This document shows, piece after piece, positions 57,189-64,000 of a DNA stretch of 64,000 bases; the stretch's first letter is position 1; every line of letters starts with the position of its first letter. The notes beneath the pieces are model-generated. The model made no database searches. It saw only the letters and a list, made by a program, of their open reading frames with translations, and was not told the DNA's origin. The translations under genes and the position numbers were made by a program. This DNA is from Bacteroidales bacterium. GTDB taxonomy: Bacteria > Bacteroidota > Bacteroidia > Bacteroidales > UBA932. The stretch is taken from NCBI GenBank assembly GCA_023227835.1, contig JALOCI010000003.1, forward strand, positions 54,520 to 118,519, read 5' to 3'.

Positions 57189-59411
57189 TTAAAATCTAAA
57201 AGAAGCCTTGAGAGAGAAGTTCCTTCCTGCCTGAGGAAAAAGTCCCTCCTCAATATATCTGGCACTGTTATCGGCAAACTCTGCCATATAGACCCAGGCA
57301 TTGGAAAAATACATTCGGTTGAAAAGATTATCTACATAAAAGTTTAGGTCCAGCGTTGTACTGGTGCTTATATTAAAACTTTTCCCCAAATGCAGGGTTG
57401 CTGTGTAATAAGACGGAATAGAACGTGAATCATCAGATGTATTGTCATAATACTGTTTACCTACATATTTCCCGATTAATTCCATCATATACCCTCTGCC
57501 CGGCAGAAATTGAGCCTTACACATACCAGTAACCGATGGAGAGTATGAGATGTCTGTTTTTTTATAAAATGAACTTCTTTGTTGGAGTCGATTCCAATCA
57601 TCCGGATTATCAAAAAGATCCGTCCAGGATGTGTAATTAACTATCTTGTTGTTGCTTAATGTCAGATTCCCGTCCAGTTTCAGCCATTTCATAATTTCCC
57701 AGGCAGCCGCCAGTTCAAGGCCTCTCCTATAAGAACTCTTAACATTCTCCTTTATCACATAACCTGTCTCACTTAATTTTCCTGTAGGTACAAGTTGATT
57801 TTTGTACTCCATAAAATATAGGTTGGCAGAAAGAGCCAGTCTGTCAGATACAAATTTATAGCCGGCTTCATAGTCAAAAAGTCTTTCGGCAAGAAGCCTG
57901 TCTGCCATGCCCGATTTGACAGATTCTTTTATATCCGACCTGCTGGGCTCTCTGTGAGAAACCGAGAGTGAGAGATATAACTGATTCTTTTTGTCAGGAG
58001 TGAAAGAGATACCCAGCTTAGGGTTGAAAAAACCATATCTTTTATTAAAGTTCATAATGGCAAAATCCTTGTCGTTTCCCTTAATCATATATGAGACTCC
58101 GCGATATTGCATATCTGCATAAGCCATGAATTTATCCGAGAAATCATACTCACCCTTGGCAAAAACAGAATAGTCATTCTTATAACCTGTATTAAGATAC
58201 CATTGATAATCCGGATCTATACCCCCGTTATACATGGACCAGATCAGCCTGCCAAAATGGTCTCCGTCAAAATAGGTATAGGTAAGGCCTGTTGTTCCCG
58301 AAAATTTCTCTCCGTTATATATCATATTGGTTAACAAATTTATAGACCTATTATCCATAGCTTGTCTTATAATCACGTCCGAACGCTTATACTCAGCTCC
58401 GTCCACCGTCTGATTGGCAAGTCCATATTCGGAAAATTTCTTTGAAGCCTTGTAGTTTTCATAATAGCCGTCTCCCAATGTATAATGTATGGTTGAATTG
58501 AATACAAGGCCGGAGTTTGTGCTGTATGTATGACTAAGTTGGAAATGATGCTGCTTGTAATTGTCCGTCTCGTTGTTATAGTAATGGATATTACCCGCTT
58601 TGTCATAATAGAGTCCGGATGGGTTATATTTCCTGTCCTTTTCCATCTGCTCGCGGCTAATACCTTCCCATGTCAGTCCGGAAACATGATCTCCCAGAAT
58701 ATATGTAAATCTTAATGAAGAGTTATTCTTCATCCAGGCGGCAGATGCAAACAGAGAGTTTAAATCGGTCATGGCATTTCTAATATAACCGTCTCCCGAA
58801 TTATGAGAGAAAATTATATCAAAAGAGAGTCCGTTCCTGAGGATACCTGTCCCGGCCCCTATTGTTGACAGATAAGTATTATAACTCGCCACACCTACCT
58901 CTGCAATGCCATAGGGAGATGGGGAGGAACAGAGTGTCCGCATGTTAATACTGGCACCGAATGCGGCAGGACCGTTTGTAGATGTACCGACACCTCTTTG
59001 AAGCTGAACATCCTGTAAGATTGAGGTAAGAGATGGGATGTTAACCCAAAAGACCTCCTGCGACTCAGCATCGTTAAGGGCTACTCCGTTCAAAGTGACA
59101 TTGATTCTGGAACCGTCGCTGCCTCTTACTCTCAGAGAGGAGTAACCGAGTCCGTTACCACCTTCGGTAGAACTGACCACCGATGGCATTAATGAGAGCA
59201 TCATAGGCAGAGACTGGACAGGAGACGATTGTTTCATCTCTTTAAGGTTCAATTCGGAATGAGCAATCGGAGTTTTCTCTCCGGCTCTGGTTGCCTGAAC
59301 AACCACACTGTCCAGTTTGGTTAATGATGTTTTCTCATTCTGCCCGTTTGTCTGGGCATGGGTTAGAAAAGGTAAAAACAATACCCCGCAGAAAAAAGTT
59401 AATCTTTTCAT
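57189..59411 (-). CDS. TonB-dependent outer-membrane receptor (predicted thiamine/TPP-regulated)
   Basis: Signal peptide, a plug region (DSVVVQATRAGEK...) and a C-terminal terminal-Phe barrel ending (SLKASFRF). A TPP riboswitch lies in the 5' leader. Confidence 0.85.
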   Translation of the reverse strand: MKRLTFFCGVLFLPFLTHAQTNGQNEKTSLTKLDSVVVQATRAGEKTPIAHSELNLKEMKQSSPVQSLPMMLSLMPSVVSSTEGGNGLGYSSLRVRGSDGSRINVTLNGVALNDAESQEVFWVNIPSLTSILQDVQLQRGVGTSTNGPAAFGASINMRTLCSSPSPYGIAEVGVASYNTYLSTIGAGTGILRNGLSFDIIFSHNSGDGYIRNAMTDLNSLFASAAWMKNNSSLRFTYILGDHVSGLTWEGISREQMEKDRKYNPSGLYYDKAGNIHYYNNETDNYKQHHFQLSHTYSTNSGLVFNSTIHYTLGDGYYENYKASKKFSEYGLANQTVDGAEYKRSDVIIRQAMDNRSINLLTNMIYNGEKFSGTTGLTYTYFDGDHFGRLIWSMYNGGIDPDYQWYLNTGYKNDYSVFAKGEYDFSDKFMAYADMQYRGVSYMIKGNDKDFAIMNFNKRYGFFNPKLGISFTPDKKNQLYLSLSVSHREPSRSDIKESVKSGMADRLLAERLFDYEAGYKFVSDRLALSANLYFMEYKNQLVPTGKLSETGYVIKENVKSSYRRGLELAAAWEIMKWLKLDGNLTLSNNKIVNYTSWTDLFDNPDDWNRLQQRSSFYKKTDISYSPSVTGMCKAQFLPGRGYMMELIGKYVGKQYYDNTSDDSRSIPSYYTATLHLGKSFNISTSTTLDLNFYVDNLFNRMYFSNAWVYMAEFADNSARYIEEGLFPQAGRNFSLKASFRF

Positions 59412-59439
59412 AATTAATTATTTATCAGCAGGGGGATAA

Positions 59440-59525
59440 TAAGAAAAAGACACTTTCCCTTCGCTGGCATTATCCAGATCAGGTTAAAGGGTATAATCTC
59501 AGCCGTAACGGCACCCCCAAGAATT
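59440..59525 (-). promoter_or_regulatory. TPP (THI-box) riboswitch
   Basis: The minus strand reads CUUGGGGGUGCCGUUACGGCUGAGAUUAUACCCUUUAACCUGAUCUGGAUAAUGCCAGCGAAGGGAAAGUG. This closely matches the conserved THI-element cores (GGGGUGC...CUGAGA...ACCC...AACCUGAUCUGGAUAAUGCCAGCG.AGGGAA). The aptamer spans roughly 59451..59522. Confidence 0.9.
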
Positions 59526-59582
59526 ATTATATGCCACAAATATACAAAATATATCGGAGTATCCTCTTTTTATCTACCTTTG

Positions 59583-59907
59583 CGGCAGGTGGGCCGCTCT
59601 ATCGCTCTCCGAAAAGAGGGAGGAAAGTCCGGACAGGAGAGAGCAAGGCTCTGTGGAAATCACAGATGGGGGTAACCTTAGGTAAATCGTAACAGAAAAC
59701 AACCGCCTTGAAAAAGGTAAGGGTGAAAACGCGGGGTAAGAGCCCACGATGATATATGGCGACATATATCAGGTACGACCAGCCTCCTGCAAGGCCATGT
59801 ATACCAGTTCTAAAGGCTGCTCGTCTTATGCTGGGGGGTAGGCTGCATCAGATAAATGATAGAGGCCTCTTTGAGGTACAGAATCCGGCTTACAGGCCCA
59901 CCTTTTT
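59583..59907 (+). ncRNA. rnpB: RNase P RNA (bacterial type A)
   Basis: Universally conserved GAGGAAAGUCCGGAC (CR-I) and ACAGAAUCCGGCUUA (CR-V), plus GGUAAGGGUGAAA. P1 pairing is AGGUGGGCC (59587..59595) with GGCCCACCU (59895..59903). The ends are approximate. Confidence 0.85.
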
Positions 59908-60091
59908 AAAAAAGTCTTGGATGGTCTTCCTCGAATTGTCTTAAAATAGTAGATATAATAGCCTCCCTGAAAAATTTGGATTCTGAAGTTATTTTGTATT
60001 TTTTACAATACAACTCCACAGCCTCCAGTTCTTTATCATTTAACAGGATTGCTTTTCTATGACGTCTCTTTAGTGCCTCTTTCTGCTTCAA
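59906..60091 (-). CDS. small hypothetical protein, ribbon-helix-helix-like
   Basis: 61 aa. A basic N-terminus (KRRHRKAILLNDKELEAVELY) is followed by two short helices, a CopG/Arc-like pattern. Lies 1 nt downstream of the lipoprotein gene's stop. No family recognised with certainty. Confidence 0.4.
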   Translation of the reverse strand: MKQKEALKRRHRKAILLNDKELEAVELYCKKYKITSESKFFREAIISTILRQFEEDHPRLF

Positions 60092-60092
60092 G

Positions 60093-61004
60093 TCACCTGT
60101 TTAAAAATTGTTTATAACCCTCAATAAGCGGCAATGGATACCTCTTTTCAGAATACTTAAGCCAATCATTGGCAAGATCTTTCTTATCCTGCATTTCGCA
60201 CGCTACTGCTAAATTATATGCAGCACAAGCTGCAATCTTGTTATTGGGTGACGATGTTGCCTCCAACCATATCTGAGAAGCTTTAGTCCAATTGAAATCT
60301 CTGGCTGCAATTATAGCTTCTTGCCATGCGGAACCAAACATATAATAGATGCTTCTTGAGTCTTTCTCCCATTTATCAAAGAAATTTTGTGTTATACTCT
60401 CTCCAATATCATTGGCGGCACTTGTTAATGATTCTCTTATCTTATAATTCAGTACAGCCGTTTTAAGCTCATTTCGTGAAAGAATTTCCCAAAGAAGGGT
60501 ATCGCTTTGAACAATATCCGCAACTCCGGATCCTGTTATTCCGTCATAAAGGAAAAGCCTTAATCGGAAGGGAAGGTTGACATATGTTGTATGATAATCT
60601 GAGCCAGGGTACTTATTATGATAGATACCGGGATCAGACACTTTAACGTCACTTAATATGAATACAAAATCTGAATTGGATTTGACAGAAAGATCTTTGA
60701 CAAGCTCCGGGTTGTTTAGTAACGAAGAGTCACTTTTAAAGTTGAACACAAACACAGACCCCTCTTCTCGGGAAAGCCTCTTTTCAAACGAAGAGGCAAT
60801 TCCCATTGAAAGGTCAGATATAATTGCAGAATCACTTCTGCCGTCTAGAGCTGAGAAAATAGCGACGCTTTTGCCGGAAAACTCTACATTATAACGTGGA
60901 GCCACTCTTTTCTCCACATCAATCAATTGAACACCCGGAGCGCACGAGCACAGAGTAAACAGAACAACTGATATTAATCCGATGGTTGAAAGGTTGGCTT
61001 TCAT
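60093..61004 (-). CDS. hypothetical lipoprotein with C-terminal TPR-like helices
   Basis: Lipobox LFTLCSC. The C-terminal AACAAYNLAVACEMQDKKDLANDWL is TPR-like. Confidence 0.65.
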   Translation of the reverse strand: MKANLSTIGLISVVLFTLCSCAPGVQLIDVEKRVAPRYNVEFSGKSVAIFSALDGRSDSAIISDLSMGIASSFEKRLSREEGSVFVFNFKSDSSLLNNPELVKDLSVKSNSDFVFILSDVKVSDPGIYHNKYPGSDYHTTYVNLPFRLRLFLYDGITGSGVADIVQSDTLLWEILSRNELKTAVLNYKIRESLTSAANDIGESITQNFFDKWEKDSRSIYYMFGSAWQEAIIAARDFNWTKASQIWLEATSSPNNKIAACAAYNLAVACEMQDKKDLANDWLKYSEKRYPLPLIEGYKQFLNR

Positions 61005-61019
61005 AACATTATCTCCTAT

Positions 61020-61766
61020 TTACATCTTCATACCGCCACAGACAGAAATGACCTGCCCGGTCACATATGATGACATGTCTGATGCAAGGAATGTACAAAC
61101 ATTTGCGATATCTTCAGGTAAACCGCCTCTGCGCAATGGGATTTTTTCAGCCCACTCCTTTTTAACCTCTTCAGGAAGTTTTGCGGTCATGTCTGTAATA
61201 ATGAATCCTGGAGCGACAGCATTTGCCCTTATGCCTCTGGAGCCAAGTTCCTGAGCAATTGACTTTGCAAGTCCTATCATTCCGGCTTTTGAAGCTGAGT
61301 AATTAGCCTGGCCGGCATTACCTGACACTCCGACAACCGAACTCATATTAATAATACTGCCGTTTTTCTGCCTCATCATCACGGGTGTGATTGCATGCGT
61401 GAAATTGAATGCCGATTTCAGATTTACACCGATAACGGCATCCCACTGCTGCTCACTCATTCTCATCATCAATCCGTCTTTTGTGATTCCGGCATTGTTT
61501 ACCAATATATCAATCTTTCCAAATTCCTTTACACTCTCTTCCACTACCTTGTGCGCCTCATCAAAAGAGGCGGCATTGGAGGCTATAGCCAACACTCTGA
61601 CGCCATATTCAGCTATCTCCTTTTTTGTGGCCTCACCATTCTCATCAATAACAAGATCCGTAAATATAATATCCGCACCCTCTGATGCAAATTTCAAAGC
61701 AATTGCCTTTCCGATTCCTCTTGCAGCTCCGGTAATGAGCGCAACTTTTCCTTCTAATAGTTTCAT
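61020..61766 (-). CDS. fabG: 3-oxoacyl-ACP reductase FabG
   Basis: ITGAARGIGKA, NNAG, YSASKAG and a PGFIITDMT tail. The 248-aa length is classical for FabG. Confidence 0.9.
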   Translation of the reverse strand: MKLLEGKVALITGAARGIGKAIALKFASEGADIIFTDLVIDENGEATKKEIAEYGVRVLAIASNAASFDEAHKVVEESVKEFGKIDILVNNAGITKDGLMMRMSEQQWDAVIGVNLKSAFNFTHAITPVMMRQKNGSIINMSSVVGVSGNAGQANYSASKAGMIGLAKSIAQELGSRGIRANAVAPGFIITDMTAKLPEEVKKEWAEKIPLRRGGLPEDIANVCTFLASDMSSYVTGQVISVCGGMKM

Positions 61767-61778
61767 AACGTTTCTATT

Positions 61779-63110
61779 TTAGTTATTTTTCATCCTGGCG
61801 TGCAGATCATATTCTTCCGCACCCGTTATCTCAACATCAACAAATGTACCAATAATATTTTTAGATTGGTAATCCTTTGTCATCTCACTTGTATCTATAA
61901 GTATCTCACCATCCACCTCCGGACTTTCACTTCGGCTTCTGGCTACCAGATATTTGTCTGTTTCAGAGTCAATCAAGACTCTCTGTTGTGTACCCACTCT
62001 CGCCTCGTTGTACTCCAACGAAATTTTTGACTGAAGTTCCATCAGACGACCGTATCTCTCCTCCTTTTCTCTCTTGCGGATGGTGTCTTTGAGATTCTGT
62101 GCTCCCCAAGTACCCTCCTCTTCAGAATATGTAAATGCGCCTAATCTCTCAAACCTTGCCTCAGATACAAATGTCATAAGCTCTTCAAAAGCGCGTTTGT
62201 CCTCTCCAGGGTGTCCCACAATCATGGTGGTTCTCAGCGTTATTCCCGGCACTCTGTTTCTGAATTTTTCAACAAGTCGCCTGGTCTGCTCTCCGTCAAC
62301 GGAACGTCTCATTTTTGCCAAAACTTTATCAGAAATATGCTGTAAAGGAATATCCAGATACTTACATACCTTAGGATTATTTGCCATGACATCCAGAAGA
62401 TCGTCCGGGAATGCTGCCGGATATGCATAAAGTAGACGTATCCACTCTATTCCTTTTACATCCGATAGCCTGTCAATCAGCTCTGCCACATTTCTGCGGC
62501 CATAAAGATCAACACCGTAATAGGTTGTGTCCTGTGCGACAAGTATGAGTTCCTTCACCCCCTTTTGTGCCAGAAATTCTGCTTCAGCAACAAGATTTTC
62601 CTGCGGCACGGATATGTGTTTACCCCTGATCAAGGGAATGGAACAGTAAGAGCAGATCCTGTCACAACCTTCGGAGATTTTCAGATAGGCGTAGTGAGCC
62701 GGAGTTGTAAGAAATCTCTGATTGCTGTATTTTTTATCCCATGAAGAGCCAAGTGCTTCAAGAACCTGCTGAGTATCGAATGCCCCAAAGAAGCCATCTA
62801 CTTCAGGAATAGACTGAATCAGCTCCTGGCGGTATCTTTGTGACAGACAACCGAATACAAGAACCCTGGATGTATATCCTATTCTTTTGGCCTCTGCTGC
62901 TTCAAGTATGGCCTGTATGGACTCCTCCTTTGCATCCTTTATAAAACCGCAGGTGTTTATGATAACTGTATCTGCTGCAGCTTTTTCCAAAGGTTCGTTT
63001 TCCGGGGAGATCTCAATATCATTGGCCAATATTTGTCTCAGTAAATGTTCCGAGTCTACCCTGTTTTTTGAGCATCCTAATGTGATAAGCTTAATTTTCC
63101 TTGGTTTCAT
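61779..63110 (-). CDS. rimO: ribosomal protein S12 methylthiotransferase RimO
   Basis: N-terminus KIKLITLGCSKNRVDSEHL, radical SAM motif CDRICSYCSIP, and a C-terminal TRAM domain. I prefer the start MKPRK at 63110. Confidence 0.9.
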   Translation of the reverse strand: MKPRKIKLITLGCSKNRVDSEHLLRQILANDIEISPENEPLEKAAADTVIINTCGFIKDAKEESIQAILEAAEAKRIGYTSRVLVFGCLSQRYRQELIQSIPEVDGFFGAFDTQQVLEALGSSWDKKYSNQRFLTTPAHYAYLKISEGCDRICSYCSIPLIRGKHISVPQENLVAEAEFLAQKGVKELILVAQDTTYYGVDLYGRRNVAELIDRLSDVKGIEWIRLLYAYPAAFPDDLLDVMANNPKVCKYLDIPLQHISDKVLAKMRRSVDGEQTRRLVEKFRNRVPGITLRTTMIVGHPGEDKRAFEELMTFVSEARFERLGAFTYSEEEGTWGAQNLKDTIRKREKEERYGRLMELQSKISLEYNEARVGTQQRVLIDSETDKYLVARSRSESPEVDGEILIDTSEMTKDYQSKNIIGTFVDVEITGAEEYDLHARMKNN

Positions 63111-63507
63111 CAGGCAGTTCGAAGTCGAGTGAAGCATTGTCTTTTAGTATGTTGTACCACTCTACCACCTTCTTCATGTGCGAGGCGTAAAACCTGTCTC
63201 TGTCATAGTCAGGCAGAACTTCAGCAAAAAACTTTTTAAGCATCTCTGCCTGGGATTTTCCGTCAGGAGCACTCTGCTCCCCAAGTTTTTCCTGCATTTT
63301 TGTAAGGACAACATGAAGAGGAATCTCCTCTTCTGTTGTGTATATGGAAATATCCGACAATGCTGTTAGCCTTGTTGTCGAACTGCACATTGTTCTTTTT
63401 TTGGTAATCAGTGATTCAACTATCACACCCGAATTTGCGTGTGACAGATAATTGAACAAACCCGGCTGACCGGAAATTGAAAGGATCTTCTGTAAATTTG
63501 TTTTCAT
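63091..63507 (-). CDS. hypothetical protein (DUF5606-like)
   Basis: 138 aa. LQKILSISGQPGLFNYLS resembles a conserved Bacteroidota family of unknown function. Overlaps the rimO start by 20 nt. Confidence 0.55.
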   Translation of the reverse strand: MKTNLQKILSISGQPGLFNYLSHANSGVIVESLITKKRTMCSSTTRLTALSDISIYTTEEEIPLHVVLTKMQEKLGEQSAPDGKSQAEMLKKFFAEVLPDYDRDRFYASHMKKVVEWYNILKDNASLDFELPDETKEN

Positions 63508-63517
63508 CTTCTAATTG

Positions 63518-64000
63518 TTATACAATTCCTCTATCTTTTTTAATCTTTTCGTATGCTTCTGAAATACTCTTGAATCTCTCCTCTGCCGCTCTCTGTACAT
63601 CCTGACCGAGATTTGACACCTTATCAGGATGGTGCTTAACCGCAAGTCTTTTGTATGCTTTTTTAACCTCCTCGTCAGACGCACTCTTGTCTATTTCAAG
63701 TATCTGATATGCTGCATCTATACCTTTGTCAAACATGGCAAATACTGATTCGCTTTCGTCTCTCGAGATACCCAACGTTGCTGAAATGCGCCTTAAAACA
63801 TCCAGTTCCGGTGTACTGACAGTCCCATCCGCCTGGGCTATTCCAGTAAGATAGTGTAAGAGCTGGATTCTTGCTTCAGGATTCATATAGCGTTGTATCT
63901 GAAATCCTACGGCATTTATATCAACATCTTTTTTCAGAAGGTCCCTCAACAGAACTGTAGCTTCTCTCGCCGCATCTTCTCCAAAACTTTGAGTTATAAA
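63518..64000 (-). CDS. TerB-like + J-domain protein (DjlA-like co-chaperone), 5' end outside window
   Basis: C-terminal J domain ([30 protein letters not shown] with HPD). The reading frame stays open to position 64000 upstream of the track's TTG start, so the gene is truncated by the window edge. Confidence 0.75.
   Translation of the reverse strand, partial: FITQSFGEDAAREATVLLRDLLKKDVDINAVGFQIQRYMNPEARIQLLHYLTGIAQADGTVSTPELDVLRRISATLGISRDESESVFAMFDKGIDAAYQILEIDKSASDEEVKKAYKRLAVKHHPDKVSNLGQDVQRAAEERFKSISEAYEKIKKDRGIV

Noticed and set aside
1-64000. I searched for CRISPR arrays, IS elements, transposases, integrases, tRNA/rRNA genes and long direct or inverted repeats.
   Set aside because: I found no spaced direct repeats, no DDE/tyrosine/serine recombinase-like ORFs and no rRNA or tRNA signatures. 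The only internal repetition I could see is at protein level (BACON-like and LRR repeats in 19060..22290, S1 domains in rpsA).

Overview
This looks like a chromosomal window from a Bacteroidota, probably Bacteroidales-like. Evidence: SusC/SusD genes, BACON domains, TTTG/TAnnTTTG promoter boxes, and a TPP-riboswitch-controlled TonB receptor plus PnuC-type transporter. It is densely coded and mostly housekeeping: tldD/pmbA, slyD, tsaD, tamB, mtaB, folB, mnmA, cdd, mltG, an S41 protease, rpsA, corA, mntP, recR, murQ, fabG and rimO. I recognise three RNA elements directly from sequence: SRP RNA, RNase P RNA and a TPP riboswitch. I saw no CRISPR array, transposase, integrase, rRNA or tRNA. Three regions look accessory. 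(1) 1..5618 is the edge of an aryl-polyene/flexirubin-type pigment operon, with an aromatic ammonia-lyase, KR, KS, ACP, an acyltransferase and a B12-radical-SAM gene. (2) 19060..26378 holds a 1076-aa mosaic lipoprotein and a small islet of orphan genes. (3) 26488..40430 is the best candidate for an undescribed system. It is an ECF-sigma/anti-sigma-controlled SusC/SusD locus with no carbohydrate-active enzymes. Its cargo genes are a lipoprotein, two exported CxxC thioredoxin-fold proteins and an exported, enlarged TldD/PmbA-like pair. I propose it takes up, reduces and degrades disulfide-containing peptides or proteins outside the cytoplasm; this is inference only. Separately, RNase Z carries an in-frame TAG at the conserved Gln of its CGEG(T)Q motif. 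All functional calls rest on motif recognition by eye in the supplied translations. No database search was run.
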